A stretch of 64,000 bases of DNA from Hemiscyllium ocellatum (Eukaryota). The position numbers and the translations under genes are program-made. The stretch lies in contig NC_083409.1 of NCBI RefSeq assembly GCF_020745735.1, forward strand, positions 11,835,052 to 11,899,051, read 5' to 3'. This document shows, one piece after another, positions 60,357-64,000 of the stretch; positions within the stretch are counted from its first letter, which is position 1; each line of letters opens with the position of its first letter. The notes beneath the pieces were generated by a model, which saw nothing but the letters and a program-made list of their open reading frames with translations, was not told the DNA's origin and made no database searches.

Positions 60357-60589
60357 AGGGAGAAATGTTTTCACCCAGAGGTTGGTGGGAGTCTGGAACT
60401 CACTGTCTGAAAGGCTGGTTGAGTCACAAACTCTCGTGACATTGGAGCAGTATTTAGATATTCCCTTGTGTTGCTGTAGCCTCCAGGGTAATGGGCCAAG
60501 AGCTGGAGGATCATCAGATCTTTGTTTACCAGCACAGACACAATGGGCCAAATGGCCTCATTCAGTGCTGTCCACATCAATGATTCTCT

Positions 60590-60622
<33 letters not shown>

Positions 60623-60626
<4 letters not shown>

Positions 60627-60719
60627 AAGTGTGAGGGGCTGACGTGGCTCTCTCTGCCTGATGCCATTTACATACTGAGGAACACCCAGTCAGACTCTCA
60701 CAGGCTGCAGCTTTATAAA
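60623..60719 (+). promoter_or_regulatory. V-kappa promoter, unit 3
   Basis: Identical to 42741-42837 (ATTTACAT at 60666-60673, TATAAA at 60714-60719). Confidence 0.75.
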
Positions 60720-60779
60720 GCAGAGCCCAGTGAAGGGAGAGTTTATCAGGAACCAGGCACAGGGACAGGAGCACACACC

Positions 60780-60828
60780 ATGATTTCACACATCCAGCTG
60801 ATCTGGCCCCTGGCATTCTGTGTCGCAG
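60780..60828 (+). CDS. IGKV: Ig kappa V leader exon, unit 3
   Basis: Encodes MISHIQLIWPLAFCVA(G)|gtac. Confidence 0.93.
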
Positions 60829-61014
60829 GTACAAATCTCTCTCCTTCCACCTTGAATCTTTAGCTGCTCTCCATTTCACTCCAATTCCACTGACTTGTGA
60901 TTGAAGGGAAAATGCTGAAACCAGAGGAATGCTCAGTGTCTCCAACAATCTCTCATTTGACAGGCTCTTTCTGTGAAAGTTCTGACTTCACTGTGTTTCT
61001 CTCTGACCCCTCAG

Positions 61015-61311
61015 GTATCAGTGGGGACATCATCATGACCCAGTCTCCCCCGGTGCTGTCAGTGGGACTGGGCCAGACTGCAACCATCACCTGTAGGGCC
61101 ATTAGCAGCTACCTTGCTTGAAACCCTCTCTCCTGATCTATGCTGCAGCAACTCAACTCACAGGAATCTTTGATCGATTCACCGGCAGTGGATCAGGGAC
61201 CAGTTTCACCCTGACAATCAGCAACATTCAGAATGAGGATGTCGCTGACTATTACTGTCAGCAGCATTACAGCTGGCCTTACTTTCTGTAAAGGAACCAA
61301 GCTCAGACTGA
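61015..61311 (+). pseudogene. IGKV: Germline-joined Ig kappa V-J exon, unit 3 (pseudogene)
   Basis: Same 9-nt and 22-nt deletions as cluster 2 (TGA at 61119-61121) and the same out-of-frame join (CAG CAG CAT TAC AGC TGG CCT T ACT TTC TGT AAA GGA ACC). The donor GTAAGT is intact. Its C exon would lie beyond the window. Confidence 0.95.
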
Positions 61312-61671
61312 GTAAGTAAACCTCAATCCTCTGTTATTAACCCTGTCAATACTGAAACACAATTTATAAAACACAAATACTGAATTGTTGAAGTGTTGCA
61401 GTGAAGGAAATGTTTGATTGAGGAACACCGCGTCCCATATGGTGTACACCTGTATTTCTTTAGTCCTATAACCCCATTAAAAAGCAAGATATAAGTCAGT
61501 CAGTTTTACTCACTGTGTAGAGGACCTCTCCCCATTTGCAGCCTGTGGTCCCATTCCTGCAGCATGGAGTGAAATCAGTGAGTAGCCTCCTGCCAGTCTC
61601 AGTGTGACGGACACGGGCAGAGTTTGATGTGAGCTCTGGCTCCCTGTCCCAGTCCCTGATCTCACTGACCT

Positions 61672-61703
<32 letters not shown>

Positions 61704-64000
61704 CAGTGAGACACCGAGCTCCCACCTCCCCCAGCTTTAACTCTGCTCAATCACATAATCACAGAATTGTTACAGTGCACAAGGAGGCCATTCTGCCCAT
61801 CCTGCCTCTCCGAATGAGCAATTCACTGAGTGTCATTCTCCTGCCTTCTCCCTGTCACCCTGAACATTGTTGCTTTTCAAATATCAGTCTCATTCCCTTC
61901 GGAATGTTTTAATTGAAGCTGCCTCCACCACACTCTCAGGCAGTGCATTCCACACCTTAACCACTCACTGGCCAAAATGTTGTTCCCCATCTCACTTTTG
62001 TGACTTTTCCCAATTGCCTTCAATCTGTGGTCTCTCGGTCTCAATCCTTTCTCAATTGGGAACATTTTCTCCCTATTTACTGTATCCAGGCCCCTCCTGA
62101 TTTTAATTCCTCCAACAAATCTCCTCTCAGCCTTCTCCAAAGAAGTCAGTCCCAAATTGTCCAAACTATCTTAATAACTGATGTTCCTCATCCCTGGAAT
62201 GATCTTTGGGAATATTTTTGCCATTTCTACAAAATTTCACCTGCTTCCTGAATGATTTACATTATCTATGTCCCTCATGATTTTATAAACCTCTATAAGG
62301 TCACTCCTCAGACTCTTACACTTGAGGGAAAAACTCTCAGCTTTTCCAGCTGCTCATAGTCATGGAGTCATACAGCGTGGAAACAGACATTTCAGTCCAA
62401 CTTGCCTGTGTTAACCAGATATCCTAAATGACCTCATCCCATTTGCCAGCATTTGGCTTACATCCCTCTAAACCCTTCCTATCCATGTTCCCATCCCAAT
62501 GTGTTTTAAATGTTGTAATTTTATCCGCCTCCAACGCTTTCTCTAGCAGCTCGATCCAGACACAAACCACCCTCTGTGTGACAAGTTACCACTCGGGTCC
62601 CTTTTGAATCTTTTGCCTCTCACCTTAAACCTATGCCCTCTTGTTTTGGACTCCCGTTCCCAAGGAAAAGACCTTGGATATACACCTTGTCCATGCCCTT
62701 CATGATTTTCTGCACATCCATAAGGTCACCCCGAGGCCTTAGATGCTGCAGGGAAAATAGGCCCATTTCTTCAGCCTCTCCCGACAGCTGAAACTCTCCA
62801 ATTCCTGGCCACATCCTTGTAAATCTTTTCCGCTGCCTTTTAAGTTTAACAACATCCTTCCTATCTCAGGATGATCAGAATTGTTCACATTATTCCCAAA
62901 GTGGCCTCACCAACTGCTGTACCACTGCAACATCATGTCCCAACTCCTTTACTCAATGCAGTGACCAATAAAAGTAAGCATACCCAACACCTTCTTCATC
63001 TCCCTGTCTACCTGTGACTCCACTGTCAAGGAATAATGCACCTGCACCTGCACCTTCACCACTCAGTCTCTTTGTTCAGCAACACTCCGCAGGGCCCTAC
63101 CATTAACCATAAAAGTCCTGCCTTGGTTTGGCTTTGAAAAGTACAGCACTCACATTTATCTGAATTAAACTCCATCTGCCATTCCTCAGCCCACTGGCCC
63201 AGTTGGTCAAGATCCCATTGTACTCTTAGACAGCCTTCTTCACTGGCCACGATGCCACCTGAAAATTCACCTGAACAGACTCTCACAACTCTGGCCCCTC
63301 CCTGCCTGTTACACTGCTACTACCCCAGTCTATATTCAAAAATTAAAGAACCATTTATAATGACTCTATCATGTTTGCAGATATCTGTAAATTCCTTGCA
63401 TTTGTATTCCTCTGCATCCTTCCCATTGGGTGGTGACTTGTTGACTGTTCTGAGGATTCTGTGGTCCTTGGTGTTCCTCTCTGTTATTCCCTCCTGGCTC
63501 CCACAGCCCTGCCAAGTTAGTTTAAACCCTCGCCAACTGCACTAGTAAATCACCCCAAAGGAACTCAGTCCCAGCTCGGTTCAGGAACAACGCTGTCTGG
63601 TCTGTCCAGGTCCCATCTCCCCCAGACCCAGTCTCAATGTCCCAAGAATCTAAAGTCCTCCAACTTGGATCGTCTTTCCAGCTTCACATTCACCTGTGTT
63701 ATCCTCCTGTTCCTATTCTCACTTGGGTGGGGCACTGGGAGAAATCCGGAGATTCTAACTTTTGAGATCCCAGTGCTAATTCCCTCCAGAGCCCCCTAAA
63801 TTCTGACTGCAGGACCACATCCCTTTCCTCCCTCTGTCACTGGGACCGATGTGGACCACGACTGCTGCCTGTTCCCCCTCTCCCCTCAGGGTGCTCTGCA
63901 GCCGCTCAGAGACATCCTTGACCCTGGCACCAGGGAGACAACACACCATCCTGGATTCCCATCTGCAACTGCAGAAACACCTATCGATTGCCCTCACTCT

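Larger units (their letters stand above)
60357..64000 (+). repeat. Direct near-identical copy of 42475-~46118 (offset 17,882-17,884 bp)
   Basis: Base-by-base alignment gives ~98-99% identity. It starts at the first base after the gap and runs to the window end. Confidence 0.95.

Overview
Vertebrate genomic DNA from a cartilaginous fish, most likely a shark. This is inferred from the Ig sequences, which match my recollection of nurse-shark NS4/type III kappa, and from the HE1-like SINE/CR1/Penelope repeat content. The window holds part of a multi-cluster immunoglobulin kappa light-chain locus. Cluster 1 is on the minus strand (L 11177-11225, V-J 10654-10990, C 1570-1898). Cluster 2 is its head-to-head mirror image on the plus strand (L 42898-42946, V-J 43133-43429, C 53357-53685). 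A third L/V-J unit (60780-61311) lies in a ~98-99% identical direct copy of cluster 2 that starts right after a 100-N assembly gap. All three V-J units are already joined in the genomic DNA with no RSS between V and J, all three joins are out of frame, and all carry further stops, yet both C exons, all leaders and all promoters are intact. The rest is mostly nested, decayed retroelements: CR1, L2, Penelope, a Gypsy relic and tRNA-derived SINEs. Points of most interest: two different germline V-J junctions in mirror-image paralogues; a one-sided, hypermutation-like cluster of differences over the V-J of cluster 2; a conserved J-C intron block with an antisense signal-peptide-like frame bracketed by RSS heptamers; and a conserved upstream CCAAT/ETS-IRF (EICE) module. 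Ig exon coordinates were read base by base. TE boundaries are approximate (about +/-50 bp unless a TSD is given), and identity figures are hand counts.
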